DNA of 64,000 nt from Monocercomonoides exilis PA203 (Eukaryota; Protista; Preaxostyla), in the NCBI GenBank assembly GCA_001643675.2, contig LSRY02000016.1, forward strand, positions 248,001 through 312,000, given 5' to 3'. Each line of letters begins with the position of its first letter. Positions within the stretch are counted from its first letter, which is position 1. The notes below the pieces were generated by a model. The model had not been told where the DNA came from. It ran no database searches and saw nothing but the letters and a program-made list of their open reading frames with translations. Of this stretch, positions 24,901 to 37,690 are shown in pieces. A program made the translations under genes and the position numbers.

Positions 24901-27900
24901 CACTGTGTGCTGTGTCCTGTCCATCCCACACATCCCGTTTTGACGCACATACACACTTTCCCGCAGATCCAACCGGAACTGTGTCTCGTTGATCTGGTTC
25001 TCGATGCTGAAGCACTCCACAAATACATCCCGACCAGATGCTGCATCATTTCCACGAAACTCCATGCTCCGCAGCTCAAAGTCCAGCTCCCCTGTCACTT
25101 CAGAGTGCAGATATAGCCCTCCTCCCTTTCCTCTCTCTGCAGAACATCCACTCTGCTTTATTGTCGATTCGCTCATCCGCAGCCGCCCCCCTTCGTTCAA
25201 CGAGAAATACACAACCCCTCCTTTCTCGCTTTCCGACGATTTGCACGACTCAAACACGCACCCGCTCACATTCACACAAATCCCGCCATCACACTTACAC
25301 TCAACAATCCTCGGCCTATTCCCTTGCCCTGCCACAAACAAAAACGTTGAATTTTCCATTTCAACCACACTTCCCTCATCACCGTTTCCAACATCACCAT
25401 CCACAACTTGAACAACTGCCCCATCTCTAATTCTTCCTGTCTCCACACGCATTCCAAACAGAATGCATCTGCACCCACCATTCACCTCAAATAATCCTTT
25501 CCCTCCATTCATGCTCCTCGACTCCAGCTCATCCACCCTCAGCTCTCCATTCAACATCCTCACAAACACACTCCCTCCTCCTTCCCCTTCTCCTCCCTCT
25601 GTGCTCTCTCTTGTCTCAAATACACACTTATCCAGCCAAAGTGTTCCTCCATTGTTTTCAACTGCCCATCCTCGTCCGTTCTCAAACCCTGCTGCCATGC
25701 ACACACTCATCTCCTTCAGCACAAGCATCTTCGTGTTCACAATCACCCCTCTGCCTCTCTTCTCTCCATCTCCTCCAAACACCAGTGCAGATCGAGACAG
25801 CTTCTCCTCTCCATTCCTCCACCTCTCCACACTCAAGCTCGACAGATCCCACTCATCCTCCACTCCCACCTCTCTTCTGATCATAACCCTTTTCTCCTCA
25901 TTCTCTTTCTCAATCTGCTTCATCCCTTTCCACAGCGTGCCGCACGGATCCCTCTCGCTTCCACATCCCATCACATCAAACCCATCCTCGCTTATGTACA
26001 CCACCCCCGACCAGTACTTCACCACAAGTCGGAGCAGATTCGTCTCTCCAAGTTTCTCATCCTTCCCCACAAACAAGTTCTCATCCTCTTTCAATTCTCC
26101 ATATATTACTCCAAACGACTGCTCGTTCACCGTCTTGTTCAGATCCACTCCTTCTATGTATATTGCCTTCCCTTTTGCTCCTCCAACCGTTCCCTTGAAT
26201 TCCGTGTCTGCAAAACGCAATCCATCCTCTTTCAACCCTTCCCTGCTGTCCACATATATCACCACTCCACACCCTTCCTCCCACTCCCATCCGCACCCTT
26301 CAAAATAGCTATTCGATATCCCAAACATATCCTCTCCTTTCAGCTTCACCCTCATCACCCCTCCTCCTTCCCCATCTCCATCCCTTCCATCCCTTCCATC
26401 CCCTCCAACCCTCTTCACATCCTCAAACACACACCCGCTCATCTCCACACTCGAGCAAAATTCAAACACCACTGCCCCAATCTCCATTTCTTTCACCAAG
26501 CATGAAACTGCCATCACTTTTCCCCCACTGCTCTTCACCATGCTGTATTTCACTATCCCTGCTCCCTCCACCTCAAACTCACACAAAACCAGCCACAGCT
26601 CTGCATTCCCTCCCCCACTCCACACAACCTCGTTCTTCCCCCCTTCAAGTCTCACTGGCACAACCATCCTCACCCTCTCAACATTCAGCACCTTTTCGTT
26701 CTTCACCACCCAGCTCTCCCCATCTCCTTCGATCTTTTCCCTTATCTCAACAACACTTTTCTCCTCTGCCGAGCTCCCTTCCACCTTCCATCCGGACAGA
26801 TCTTCCACCTTCCTTATCCCGACCGTATCTATGATCTCCATCTCAATCATCCCATCCTCGTTCTCTCCATGCTCAACCCCTTTCTCAAACGACTCACACG
26901 GATACTCCTCTCGCCCACACCCCATGATGTCTGCCCCATTGCTTCCCACCACAATCCTTCTTGAGCGATATCCCACCAAAAAATACATCAGATCATGCGC
27001 CTTCTCCGAAAACCGCCCTTCATCCCTGCCCATCATCCTCACTCCTGCCTCGCCTCCTTCTTTCACCAGCTCCAGCTCAAACCGCTCCCCAACAACACTC
27101 TCCTTCAGATCTCTGCACTTAACAAACACATCATCCCCTTCATGAGCCGCATTCCCCTCAAACACCATCTTCGATATTCCAAACCTGTTCTCACAGTCTG
27201 CATGGATCCACATAAACACCCCACCTCCTCTCCCTCCTGTCTCGTCTGCCCTGCAATTCTTCACTGTGCAATTCTTCACCAGCACTTCGTCTTGCCCACT
27301 CATCTCCCAGCTTACTGCCCCGCCATCTCCCCTTCCTGAGCAGCACCCAACAAATTCACACTCCTCAGTCAATTCCACCTTCCTTCCATTTATCACCCTT
27401 ATCACTCCCCCACTCCCACCCCAGCAGTCCCGTGCCTTCATTCTCTTCACCACTATCTTCGTCCCTTTCTCTCCAACCACCAGCCCACCCCCATCTGTCC
27501 TTGCTCCATTCATATTCACATCCTCGCACAACAACCCCCCTCCCTTCATAGCACACATCCCCCTTCCATCTCCAAATTCCATCTGCTCCACACTCACCTT
27601 CTTCAGCTCCACTGACCCTCCTCTCCCACAAACAATCCACATGTTTGTCCTCCTCTTCTCTTCTCCTTTCCCTCCAAACACACACTCCACAACATGAACC
27701 TCTCCCACTCCCATCTCAAAAAGCTCCGAGTGCACAGACTTCTCTGCCACTTCAAACTCGATCCACTCAATCGTCAGCGTCGTCGACCAGCTCCCCACCA
27801 TCACACTCACTTTCCCTCTTTCCCCCACCACCACCTTCGACTTCGCCACCTCGTCTCCTCGGATCGTCAGCGACTCTCCTTCTCTCCTGATCTCCTCCCC

Positions 27901-30900
27901 AAGCTCGCTCTCCTCCATGATGTGCAGAATCGTCTTCTCCTTCCCCAGCTTCTCATTCCCTCCCTCCACCGTGTTGCACGGCAGCTCATCGCTCCCGCAG
28001 TTTTCCTGCCCAGTCACAGTCCTGTTCACAAAGATGATGTCTCCCTTCGGCGGAAACAGATATTTCAGCAGCGTCACATCGATCCCCGCATTCCCCGGAT
28101 CCACCACCCACATCGTGTTGTTGTACTCCTCCCCTTCCTTTGCCGACCCCTCCCACTTCCTCCGATCAATCACCACTCCTGGCTCTCGGCACACCAGATA
28201 CACATCCACCCCAATGTGCCCCTGATTCCCTTCAAACACATCCCGCCTCATCGAGTAGCTCACATCCACATCTTCAAACTCCATGAACAGCCCTCCTCCC
28301 TTCCCTCCGTTTCCATCCACTTTGCTCTCCCGCACTTCGTTCTCCTCAAACACCCAGCTCCCTCCTTTCCCCACACGAACATGCACACTTCCCCCTTCCC
28401 CCGTTCCGCTCTCGCACCGAATCACACTCACAACGCATCTCTCCACCACACACTCCATCCCTTCTCCCACACTCCCCACAATCACTGCCCCATTCCCTTC
28501 CATACGCGTCACCCCGCTCACATTGCTTTCTGCCATCCTCACACTGCTCGTCCTATCAAACTCCCACACACACTGATCCCCAAATCTCACTGCTCCGCTT
28601 GCCGATGTGTTCCCCACCTCCAACGACGACCCCTCTCCAACCCATATCAGCCCTTTCTTTCCTCCACTCGCCACTCTCTCAACCACAACCCCTTCAACAC
28701 TTCCTTTCGATCCCTCTCGCAATTCAACCATGCTCCCACTCTCAAACTCCTGCTCCCTCACCTCAACACTCTTCAGCTCCATCCTCCCCCCAACACACAC
28801 CACAAAGCTGAACCCCACTTTTCCACTCCCCATCCTCATTCCGCACCTCTCCATCACCAATCCCGACAGCCGGCTCACCACCACACTCCTCTGCCCTCTC
28901 ACAAACGTCTTCTCCACCACAAACACCACATCCGCAAACCCTGTATCCTTCCTCGTCTCTATCACCCCTTCGCTTTCTTCTCCCAAATCTCCTCTCACTT
29001 CGTATTCTCTCCTCTCTTCACACCCCTTCACATCCATCTCTTGCGTCGATATATCAATCACCGAGCAAAATGCAAATCCCCTCTTCAGCACTATTTCTGC
29101 TTTTCTCCCGAAAAACCTCGCCCTCCCGCAGTGCTCCATCGTCGCACACCCAAACCACTCAAACCCACACAACGAATAGTCCATTCCTCTTTCCCCTTCC
29201 ACATACCCTGGACTTCCCCACTCCTGAACAAACACCCCAAGTGGAACTCTCATCTCCTCTGCCTCATCATACCCCACAAATTCCAACCCATCCAGCTCCC
29301 CACCTCCCACATCCACCTTCAGTCTCTCCGAACTCACAACACCCCCCAGTCCTCTCCCTCTCACAAACATCTTCCGACCCACCCATGCCCAGCACTCCTC
29401 AAGCTCAACTTCTTCAATCTCAAACCCATCTGCCACACTGCACTCCATGAACATCCACCCTCCTTTCCCTTTCGTTTCCTTTTCTGCACAGCACCTCTCC
29501 CCCTTGCAGTTCCCCACAATTACATGCCCTTTCCCTTCAATGCGCACCTTCAGCGCTCCCCCTTCTTCATTCGCCCTTCCATCCACATCCGTCATGTTGC
29601 ACCACAAAAACTCCAGCTTCCCTCCAATCACGCTCGACACAATGCACGCCCCATTCCCCCCCAAGCACCCAACACTCCCAAACGAACAGTTCCAAAACTC
29701 CACCCCACTTCCCTCAACCCTTTCTTCTCCTCCTGATTCAAATTCCAGATCAAACATTGGCTCCTCCACCACAAACCCCTCAAACCGTGTTTCTTCCACC
29801 TTCAGCACTTCCCCGCTGAAACGGATAATCGCATACCCCACACTTCCTTGCACCCCGTCCTCCAATCCAAATCCACACTTCCTTATCCAAAGCTCACCGC
29901 CTTTCGACTGACAATTCATCAGCTCTGTGACCCCTTCCATCAAATCTGCTTGGCATCTTCACATCCAGCCACTCCAACTCCGTCACCCCTTCCGTCTTTA
30001 TCGCTGCGCTCCATTCCCCGCTCAGCATCCCTCTCACACTCATCTCCATTGCAATCTCCTCCATCCCTCCCAACCTCGCTCCGCTCACATCCACCTCTTC
30101 TCTCAGCTCTGACCCTCCTGTCAGCACCACCCACTTCTCCCCATCCTTCCCTGCATGCCCAAGCCCATACTCCACTGTCATGCATGGATATGCGCTCATC
30201 CCGCAATACACCTCATTCCTCCCTCCCTCTTTCCGAACTTCCACCCTCCCTGACACATATCCCGTGATAAACACATACAAATCCGTATCCTCCCTCATCG
30301 CCTTCCGGTCTCGCCCAACCAGCGAGTTCCCCCTCTTCCTAATCGACAATCCAAACCCAAACCTCAAAGGCGTCACATACTCGCTCAGCTCATCACATAT
30401 CACATACACATCTCGTCCAGCTTTTCCTCCGTTCCCTGCAAACTCCACATCCCCAAACACAACTCCATCCCCTTCCACCCCCAGCTCCACAAACACTCCT
30501 CCCCCTCTTCCTCCAACCCCTTCCTGTTCCCCTGCTTCACACATCTCCACCACGCTCTTCTCCCCACTTTTCCCACTTTCCCCACCCTCCCCTATCTTCA
30601 CCCTTCCCCCTTTCTCCACAACCACCTTCATCATCCCCCCATCCCCTTTCCCGCTTCTGCACCTGCTCGCTTGAACATTCACCACCTCCACACTCCCTCC
30701 GCTCCCCACAACCCCATTCACACCAACCCCATCTCCTTTCCCTGCTCCTATCGAACTCATGTTGCACCCACTCACCTTCACATACCCTGCCCTTTCGCTT
30801 CTCACCACACTTCCTTCTCCAAGCACACACTCATTCGCCTTCGAATTGTTCATCTTCAGCCTGCTTCCACTCTTCACCACAATCATCGACCCTGATTTCT

Positions 30901-33900
30901 CGTTGCATCCTGTCATCCCCACATTCTGCAGCTCCACCCTCGACCCATCTGCTCCTTCAATCAGCCCATCCCCAGACACCCTCGACACATTCCTCAGTTC
31001 TGCATCCTCCAGCACAATTGATGCCTCGCTTCCAGCTGCGATGCACATCCCGTACCTGTCGAAGTGCACAGACTCCAGTCTCAACGACGGCCAAACCACA
31101 CTCCCGCATGTCACTTTCACCAGCGAAAATCTCACAACAACCCCCGGAGCTTTCAGATCAATCGCACACTCCAAAACACTCAAGCTCCCTCCCCTCACCT
31201 CAATCAATGCTCCTCTTCCTGATAGAATCGCCGGAATCCACATCTTCACTCTCTTCAGCACCGTGCTCTTCCACACACAAAACACCCCTTCTCCTTCTCC
31301 TTCTCCTTCTCCTTCTCTCCTTGCTGCATTGTTCACCACTGACAGCACTGTCAGCCCTTTGTCTCCAGTCACCTCATAGCTCCCCGATGTCATCTCCACC
31401 TGCTCGCTCACTTCCACCAACTCGTGCACCTCCACTTTGTGCTTCTCACCCCCTTGCCGCTCAAGCGAATACTTCAGTGTTCGGCATGTGAAATACTCAA
31501 ACCCACAGTTTTCGTGATCAGCCCCTCCTCTGCTCGCATGCACAGTCTCCCCAACCTCCTCAAAATACACTTTCACAGGGATCACCAGCGACCTCCACTC
31601 TCTGTCTCCTATCCCCGCATAATCCTCCCATCCCCATCCTCCTCCCCGAAGAAACCCAAACTTCTTCACACAGCTCTCCTTCAGATCTGCAGAGCAGATA
31701 AACATCATCTTCCCGCTTTTCGCTTCATTCCCCACAAGTTCCATATCCTCCATCCGAACATCGTCTTCCGCATTCCTCATCTCCACATACAGCCCTCCGC
31801 CCCTTCCTCTTCCGCTGCTCCCGCTGCCGCTTCCTTCTTCTGCCTTGCAACCCTCAATTTTCGTGCTCACGCTGCTCCCCCCCAAAACTGCCACACTCCC
31901 TTCCACAACCCCCACATACACTCCACCCCCATTCCCACTGCTGCACCTGCACCCCTTCACTGTGGTGTTACACACAATCACAGTCTCTCCTTCCCTCAGT
32001 GTTTTGCTCATCACTGCTCCATTTCCCCTGCTTCGCACAATGTTCCTTATGCTTCCCCCGGAAATCCTCAGCTCTCCCGGATATCTCGATTCAAGCAGCG
32101 CACAGTCTTCCATCTGTATCCCCTCTATCTCGCTGTCTTCAATCTCACACACCCCGTTTTCAACAACAAACATCGATCTTCTGCAAAACACTCCTGCTGC
32201 TTCACTCCTCACACTGCACCTCACCAACCGTGCCCTCCCTCCTGCTTCCCTCACACTCATCAACGACCCCTCTCCAGATGCCTCTCCATCCATCACAAAC
32301 ACAATCGAGTCCGCTTCAATTGATCCGCATGTGATCCAGACAAGCGCATCCCCTGCTGCTGCCCATCGTATTATCGGCCTTTCTCCGCTCCCCTTCACCT
32401 CAATCACAATCACCCTATCTTCCACCCCAATCCCTCGCTCTGCAAAAGTGCTTCTGCTCAGCGATATCTTCTGTTTCAGCTCTGGATTCCACTTCGTCAC
32501 TCCATACCCTATTGTCTTGCACTCATCTTCCATTGTCCCACAGTGTATCTGGTCTTCCTTCGTCGGATTCACATTTATCTCCCCTCGAATGGTGTTCGGT
32601 ATCCAGCTTGGCCTGCTCTCATTTATTGGGCATGTCCATTCATTCGGTGTGAAGCAGTGCCACACCCTTGGTTCCGCACTCGTGGAGCTGCATGTTGCGA
32701 AATCATTCGCTGCATACAGCGTCTCATGATCTGTTCGGAATGCCACATCATGTCCGTTGCCCAATGTGCATGTGTTATTCTCAAATAGCAAAAATCTCAG
32801 TTTCACAGGTTTCACAGTATTTTTATTTCCTTTAAAAATCATAGCCCCTCCGTAATAATGAGCTGAATTGTTTGCTAATGAACAATTTGTAATTGCTTGA
32901 TTCAATGATATTGCGTTCCAAACAACAAGGCATCCTCCATATCTCGGATTGGCGCAATTATTAAGAAACGTGCAAGATCCAATGAATAATGCATCGCTAA
33001 CAGCTGACGAGAACAATCCAGAATAATGTCCTCCAGTATTTTCTGCAAATATTGAAGAAGTGACATATACAGTACCTGCTGCCTTTGTTGTTATATAAAC
33101 ACCTGCACAATAACTTCCACCAGTTTCTTCAACAGAGCAGCTTATAACAGAACTATTTACCATGTTTATGAAACCTGTTCCAGTCGCATATACTGCACCT
33201 CCATATGAAAGTCCTGTAATGGATTCCAACGAACAATTTCTGAATGTTGTTCGCAATATTGAAAGTGTGGCATTCCCTCTGATGCACACAGCTCCTCCAT
33301 AACTCCCAGTTGTGTGCACTGTGAAAATCGAGTCTTCAAGAATCACATCTCCTGTTGAGTTCTCTTGCCTCGTCGAGTTCACATTTTGCTCGCACCTCTC
33401 AAACGATGTGTTCATCACAAAACAGCATTCTTGCGTGTGATACCCATCATAAAGCATCCCGCTGTCTCCATTTTCCACCCTCTCAAATATTGAAGAAGCA
33501 ACTCCAATCCTTTCAGCACTGTTCTTCCTGACTCCGTTTTTTGCTCCATCGCATTTGCCATCCACTCTGTCTCCACTGATTCTTCCTGATATGTTCCTGA
33601 ACAGGCAGTTCTCCACGAAAATCTCTTTCAGACTCCCTCTTGCCAAAACCATCCCTCCCTCTGCCCTCAAACACTCAAATCTGCTTTCCTTCAGCTTCAT
33701 CTCGTTGCCTCTTCCAAATCCCTCCACAACACCGCCTCTCCAAATTCCTTTCTCTTCCCTCATTTTCACTGTCATCTCCAGCTCAACCCTGCTGTCTTCG
33801 CACCAAAACATCCTCTCATCTTGGCCCCCAATCGCAATCTCGCACCAAACAACCTCCAGCACTGATCCATTCAACCTCCCGATCCATTCAAATCCTTCCC

Positions 33901-34192
33901 TGCTCCTCAGCTCTGCAGATCTTACAACTAACGAGCTGTTGCAACAATCAAACCTTGTGGAGATTCTGCTCCGCATCACATCTCGCATCTCGTGCTTTTC
34001 ATGTGCATTCTCGCTCTTTCTTTCTTCCCGCTTTCCATCTCCAATCAAATTTGTGAACAAGCTTGTTTGCATCATCAGCCTCTCTTCTTCTTCTTCTTCC
34101 TGAAAATCTTTCATTTGAACTCTCTTTCCACTCGTTTCTTCACAAACACCACAAAGCATGGCCAGCACCCCCAACTCCAGAAATAATATCAT
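21937..34192 (-). CDS. Giant single-pass surface receptor-like protein (~4,100 aa): signal peptide, repeated pectin-lyase/Pmp-like beta-helix modules, TM, C-terminal tyrosine-kinase-like pseudokinase; one frameshift near 29940
   Basis: ORF 29894-34192 (signal MILFLELGVLAMLCGVC) overlaps ORF 21937-29943 in a different frame, with continuous domain style. Eight CG-x6-C-x-[ST] modules, GG[AG][VIL] and FxxN motifs, TM WPLVVIIMAVVLFVILIIAVVTTV followed by RWRKQKRR, kinase C-lobe RWKAPE...VFSVGMMLWECLTLKIPF...CL...PSER. No introns seen. Confidence 0.8.
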
Positions 34193-36188
34193 TTCTCAAT
34201 CAATCGCACTCCTTCACAGCAGTTCAAATTTCGAATCACAAAAATTTACGAAGGAACCAAGATCACAGACCCCAATTTTATCAGATTCGAAATTAAAAAT
34301 TATATAACAAAAATATTTCAAATTTCTTTTTCACAAACTCTCTTTCCTGTGTCTTCCTTCTTCAACAAGTTTCAATTTCTTTTCTTTTTTTTTCTTTTCA
34401 GATTTCATGGTTCATTTTGTTATTTTTCCCCCCTGTTTTTTCATTCAAGTTAATAGCAGGATTGTTCACTTTTCAGTCCTTGTTCAAAAAAACAAAAATC
34501 AAGATTATATAAGAATAGTTGAAAATAAAAAATCATCAAACGTTTTTTTTGATGCTGGAGCATTCATAGGGGAATATTCAATCTTTTTCTCAGAATCTCC
34601 TTCGCTTGGTCTTTTGCTTCCATTTCTCCAAGAAGATCCAAGTTAAATGCTTTCTTCATCACGAAAAAAGTGCTGAAACTCTGAAACGAGATTTCCGCAC
34701 AGCCTGCAAAAATAAATGCATTCGTTTTGTATTTTTTTCGTAATTTCAAAAGAAAATGAACCAAAAAAGAAAACAGAACTTATAAAAAAATAGTCTGCCA
34801 AAAATACAACAATTCTGAATTTTCTTTTCCAAAATTGAAGCAGCTATCCAATAAATATCTTTACAAAAACATCCTCCACAACAATGGATTTTGACAGAAC
34901 AATTTGCACAAAACCAGAAAAAAAAAGCAGAAAAGCACTCAAGGCATCAAATGCCCTCTCATTTTCATAAAAACAAAACAATAAATCCATGAATTTGTTC
35001 GCACAGCCATGAACACACTTTTCATTTCGTCCTTCTTGCCACATCTCCGGAGCGCTCATCCTGCCACGGCCCTCAGGCAATTTCCCTGTTTCTGATTCTG
35101 TTTCTGCGTTATTGCCTCCTCCATCAACTCAAATCCTTCTTTGTCTTTGTTCAGCTTGCCTCCCTTCCCTTGTTTCTGTGCTGGCTGTAGACTGATGCTT
35201 CTGCTTCCTTTTGGCCATAATCTTTATTTTCTCTCATCCATCGGAGCCTGGTTGATGCTCTGCATCGCTCGCCTGCAAGCCATTAAAGATAATGGATCTC
35301 GAATAATACTGGCTGTTTTGCATGCAGCATATCTTCATTTGCTCACAGCAAAAACAATTTGTTCCCCGCTGGTGATAGAAACAGTAGTGGCGCTGCATCC
35401 TTCAGCAATAAGCAGTCAGCAAAGTCATCCTTATTGCGCATTTATCGCTTCAAAAAAATGTGCATTGAAGTGTTTTTGCTTGCTGTGCTTTTTTGCTTTC
35501 TTCCATTCCACTTTTGCTTGATTTGCACATGCTTTCTTCTTTCTTTTTGCCCAATGGCATTGAAATCAAAAAATAAGATGCTCAATGCTCCTGGACGCAA
35601 TTAATTCTATTTTATGGTGGAAAGCAACACATTTCACACTCTTGATAGCATCGCCTAAAATGGAGTTTACCTTTTCACAAAGTATTGTCGTGCACCAGCT
35701 GCATCAAAGCGTCTGCTCTGTGAATAATGTTTTTTTAGCTCATTGCTGCAATGAAAATTTGCAGCTGATATATTTATATCTGAAGCAATATAACATTTCA
35801 GAGCAGTTACGCCCCTTCTTAGGATAATTGATTCTAATTCTTCTCGGCTCTTCAAAGCTTTCTCAAAAAGTCGATATGTTTCTTTTTTAATATTGGGTTT
35901 TTGTGAAAAAGATTATCTCTGAATGTGCAAAACAACATATAATACTGCTATCGAGTTTAATTCATTAAACCGTTTCGTTTGTTGTTTTTCAGGAATATGC
36001 TAAAAAATTTTTATTCATTTTTGGAGCAATTTTTATCTGTCAAAAGTCTTTATTTGTTTATGTACATATATATTTTCATTAAGATCAATTTTTCGAAAAA
36101 ATTCATTAAATCTTCTTTTTTTCATGAAATATATAAAAACAACAAAAATTAAAAGAAAAATTTCTAAAATGAAATGTGATCACAAAAA

Positions 36189-37610
36189 CTATTCAGATTT
36201 TTCTTTTTCTGTTAAATTATCTGAAAAATGAAATTCTTCTTCTTCACATAATGACAAAGCTTTTGAAATATTGACAAGTATATCAGAAGCAATCATGCCA
36301 CGTCCCTTTTCCAAAAAAGTTAATTCACACGCTTTTCTAACAATGCAAATTGAAGCATAGCAAGCCAACACAGTTGGATTCCTTTAATCAAAATATTTGC
36401 AAGAAAAGTTAGTATAATTTAAGGATAAATTGCATAATTTTGAAGAGATGATAATTTGCTCAAATAATAGAAAATTTATGTTCAAACACTTGGAATCTTT
36501 GAGTTATATCGCTTTCAAAAGAAACATCTTCCTTCTTCACAGAAATCTTGAGTTTGTTAATCCAGCATAAAAATGTTGAAGTGACTCCGGATAGAATATC
36601 ACCAATTCCTCCGCAACGTCTTGGAGAACCGGGGAAGTGGAAAGGAAAGCAAACTAAAAAGTAATATAATTTAAACAAAATATAACTATTTTTTACTGAA
36701 TGATGAGCTACCTGTTCCGTCACAAACAATGTCAATCTCACCTTTTTTAAGAATTGTAGGTCCATCCAAAAGTTTGGCAATTTGCATTAACGATTCATTT
36801 TGGTCACTAATTGACGGTGTTAAAGCTTTCTGCCTGTAATAAAAATATTAACAAGTCTGCTTTAAATTGAATAATAAATAAACATTCTCATAAACTCCAT
36901 TTGATTTGGAGTAATAATACATTTTTTATATCCTATAAAAACATCAGGATTAGACGATACAATTCTTGTTGCATCCTTACTCACATTTAATTCAGTAAAT
37001 ACATTATATTTCATACAGCATCAATTACACATGGAATTTCATTTTCCTTCAGCATAAAAATGAACTCCCTAATGCAGTCTAACCTAATTGGATCTGTTCC
37101 AAGTCCAGATCCAATTGAGCAGCAATGTATTTTGGGCAAATACGATTTGAAAGTTGACAAGGCTTGTTCTTGAGCTATTTTTATTCTGAAAAAAACATGA
37201 AAACAAAATGTGAAATTAAAAATAAAGCACAACAAAAAATAAAATAAATAAAATAAAATAAAAATCAAACTGCTCTTCAGTTGCTGAAGATTCCAATTCG
37301 GGTAGACATGGATTTGTCATCATATCAGGACTATATGACTTTATTGGAATTGACGCATGCTCTGTGCAAAGAATAAATGCCATATCAATTCCCTTCAAAT
37401 TAATGAGGGAAAGAAATTATTGCAAACAAGTTGACATGGTTGTTATTTTCCTTATAAATGTGTAATAAAAGATATTCACACAGAACGTAAAGATGACATT
37501 GCTGCAAAAAACGGTGCCCCTGTATATAGCTTGCATCCTCCTACCACAAGCAATTTACCATTTAAGCCTTTATGGCTACCATATTCTGGAATTAAGTCTT
37601 TAATTTTCAT
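36189..37610 (-). CDS. NAXD: NAD(P)HX dehydratase (YjeF C-terminal / CARKD family), multi-exon
   Basis: Spliced: SHKGLNGKLLVVGGCKLYTGAPFFAAMSSLRSGIDMAFILC...IKSYSPD, IGSGLGTD, VIDADA, IITPNQMEF, GSPRRCGGIGDILSG, RGMIASDI. Confidence 0.92.
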
Positions 37611-37690
37611 TTTATTCCTTATTTTTAATTCTTAGTAAACAATAATTTCTTATGGTGCAACCACAATAATTTAATTATTTTCCCGAAGCA

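Noticed and set aside
27694-29736. 680-aa plus-strand ORF and other long antisense ORFs over the giant receptor
   Set aside because: His/Pro/Leu-rich shadow frames caused by strong purine skew and codon bias on the coding strand.
34844-35855. Moderately GC-rich patch with short ORFs, possibly a gene or retroelement relic
   Set aside because: No recognisable motif or consistent spliced frame could be built by eye.
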